Below, in pieces: positions 62,428 through 64,000 of a DNA stretch of 64,000 nucleotides. The DNA is from Tubulanus polymorphus (lineage: Eukaryota > Animalia > Nemertea): NCBI RefSeq assembly GCF_964204645.1, contig NC_134036.1:1550001-1614000 (forward strand). Reading direction: 5' to 3'. The position numbers and the translations under genes are program-made. Each line of letters opens with the position of its first letter. The stretch's first letter is position 1. The notes beneath the pieces are model-generated. The model saw only the letters and a list, made by a program, of their open reading frames with translations, had not been told where the DNA came from and ran no database searches.

Positions 62428-63017
62428 TTTAACTTTCTAAAAACTTTTTCTTTTCAGACTTATTCTAAGACCAGTGTAAAAATGTATTAAAAATATATTT
62501 TCAAGAATCCGTGAAACAATCTTTCTTAAAAATTCTCCCAAAAAAATAAATTTTTTAGATAAATATTTTCAAAAACCCCCATTAAAACACGCATTCTTCC
62601 TATAGGTACATAGTATGGTCATAGTAACCGACGAAGGTAAGTAACAGGTCTGGGAGTAATGGACGGATGATAAGCTAGGGTGGGTAAGCTACTAACGGCG
62701 GATACTAATTGCGCAGACGTAATGCCGCGTATCGCGCAAACAGATGTCGCCTGACGATGCATAAAATAGGATTATTTTTCATCTAATCGATTTCGTATGG
62801 AAAATCAATTTGTATTTTATGCTAAGATGATGGTGTCTGTTTCTGGCTCGCGCGCAAGAGCCACATTTTACGAAGCTCTGTGTGAATAATATAGAATTTA
62901 CATCTAAAATTCGATTCGATAATTGTTCTAATGTTGAATAAGATAAAATCCCACTATTTACAGATTAAAAGAATTTAAAAACCAGAATTTATTTATTAAA
63001 TCTAAAATATATAAAAG

Positions 63018-63059
63018 ACACGACGTTTCGATCTCACCCTAGAAATCATCGTCAGGTGT
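63018..63059 (-). ncRNA. Minimal type I hammerhead ribozyme
   Basis: ACAC-CUGACGA-U-GAUUUC(UAGGGU)GAGAUC-GAAA-CGUC-GUGU; stem II pairs with one G-U wobble. Confidence 0.72.
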
Positions 63060-63101
63060 GAGATTTAGATTAAAATTACCCCTGTTTTTAATCTAAATTT
63101 C

Positions 63102-63143
63102 ACACCTGACGATGATCTCTAGGGTGAGATCGAAACGTCGTGT
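63102..63143 (+). ncRNA. Minimal type I hammerhead ribozyme
   Basis: ACAC-CUGACGA-U-GAUCUC(UAGGGU)GAGAUC-GAAA-CGUC-GUGU; complete CUGANGA/GAAA core, GUC cleavage triplet at 63137-63139. Confidence 0.78.
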
Positions 63144-64000
63144 CTTTTATATATTTTAGATTGAATAAATAAATTCTTGTTTTTAAATTCTTTTAATCTG
63201 TAAATAGTGGGATTTTATCTTATTATCCGTTCACCACGTTTGAGTGTGGTTATCGTTCTATTCAAATGTCAAATTCTAAATAATTTAGATTAGGCCTATG
63301 TATTTTAAGTCTAAAAAAGATCCCAATCATAACTGAATTTTCAGATAGTGCTGCTGCTGTTGGCGATGAAAAAAAAATAAACAAATCATTTTTCGAACAA
63401 TCGCAAAAGCCAAGGGTTTATCTATGTAACATAATGATTCTATGCACAACCCGGTCACACACTCACTTGCCAGGAACAGATCTCTTCAATTATAATTTCA
63501 AAGAATAGAAAAAATAATTTAATAATCACAAAGATTGGGTGCCTACCACATCGTGTTCCTCATTGTTTTAAAAGACGCCATTTCGGGTCTCGGTGATCCA
63601 AAACGTATCCTCACCACGACGACACCAGAAAGTTCTGATTTTCAAAATTCTCGATGTCCTAAACCCGTTGGTCGACGACAATATCCTATTTTCTACACGC
63701 TTTTACGATATGATACACCAGCACGTTGAATATGTATAAATCGTTCCAATATGCTCCACTCGGCTGCTGTGCTATAATAGCGGAGATGTTTTTAATCTGA
63801 ACGCACGTTATAATCCATTGTCTCTCCTTCTCTCTCAATCGCGTCTCATGGCGTATTCCATTAACGAGAAAATGGTTTATTATCGTCGTTTTTACTATCA
63901 AACAATGTGTTCACATTGATGAAACACTCCTGGGGCCGGTTCCATAGTCACGACTTAAGACCAAAAGTGGTCTTAAAACCTTAAGACTGGTCTTAAGTTG

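Larger units (their letters stand above)
62937..63262. mobile_element. Palindromic Penelope-like element (family A) with two hammerhead ribozyme motifs
   Basis: Inverted arms 62937-63075 and 63086-63224 plus a unique 3' tail; hammerhead motif in each arm. Confidence 0.8.

Overview
AT-rich, repeat-dense animal (probably invertebrate) genomic DNA with spliceosomal introns. Genes: the TATA/Inr promoter and signal-peptide exon of an unidentified secreted-protein gene on the minus strand (runs off the left edge); a CRF-binding protein gene (CRHBP, +, coding exons 39361-42410, N-terminal exons not fully resolved); a convergent LRRC71 gene (-, 15 coding exons, 45856-56497); and two identical tRNA-Thr(AGT) genes in inverted orientation that share a ~170-bp structured upstream flank. 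Mobile DNA: a very young 6558-bp Ty3/Gypsy-type LTR element (741-bp LTRs identical by eye, GTAG TSD, tRNA-Phe PBS) that keeps Gag and a -1-frameshifted protease but has no recognisable RT/RNaseH/IN; at least three families of short Penelope-like elements carrying minimal hammerhead ribozyme motifs, one a near-perfect palindrome with a motif on each strand; an L2/CR1-type LINE 3' fragment; many PIF/Harbinger- and Tc1/pogo-like MITEs, several of which seeded tandem arrays; and micro- and minisatellites. Most short ORFs in the track are repeat or antisense artefacts. All calls come from reading the sequence by eye; no searches were run.
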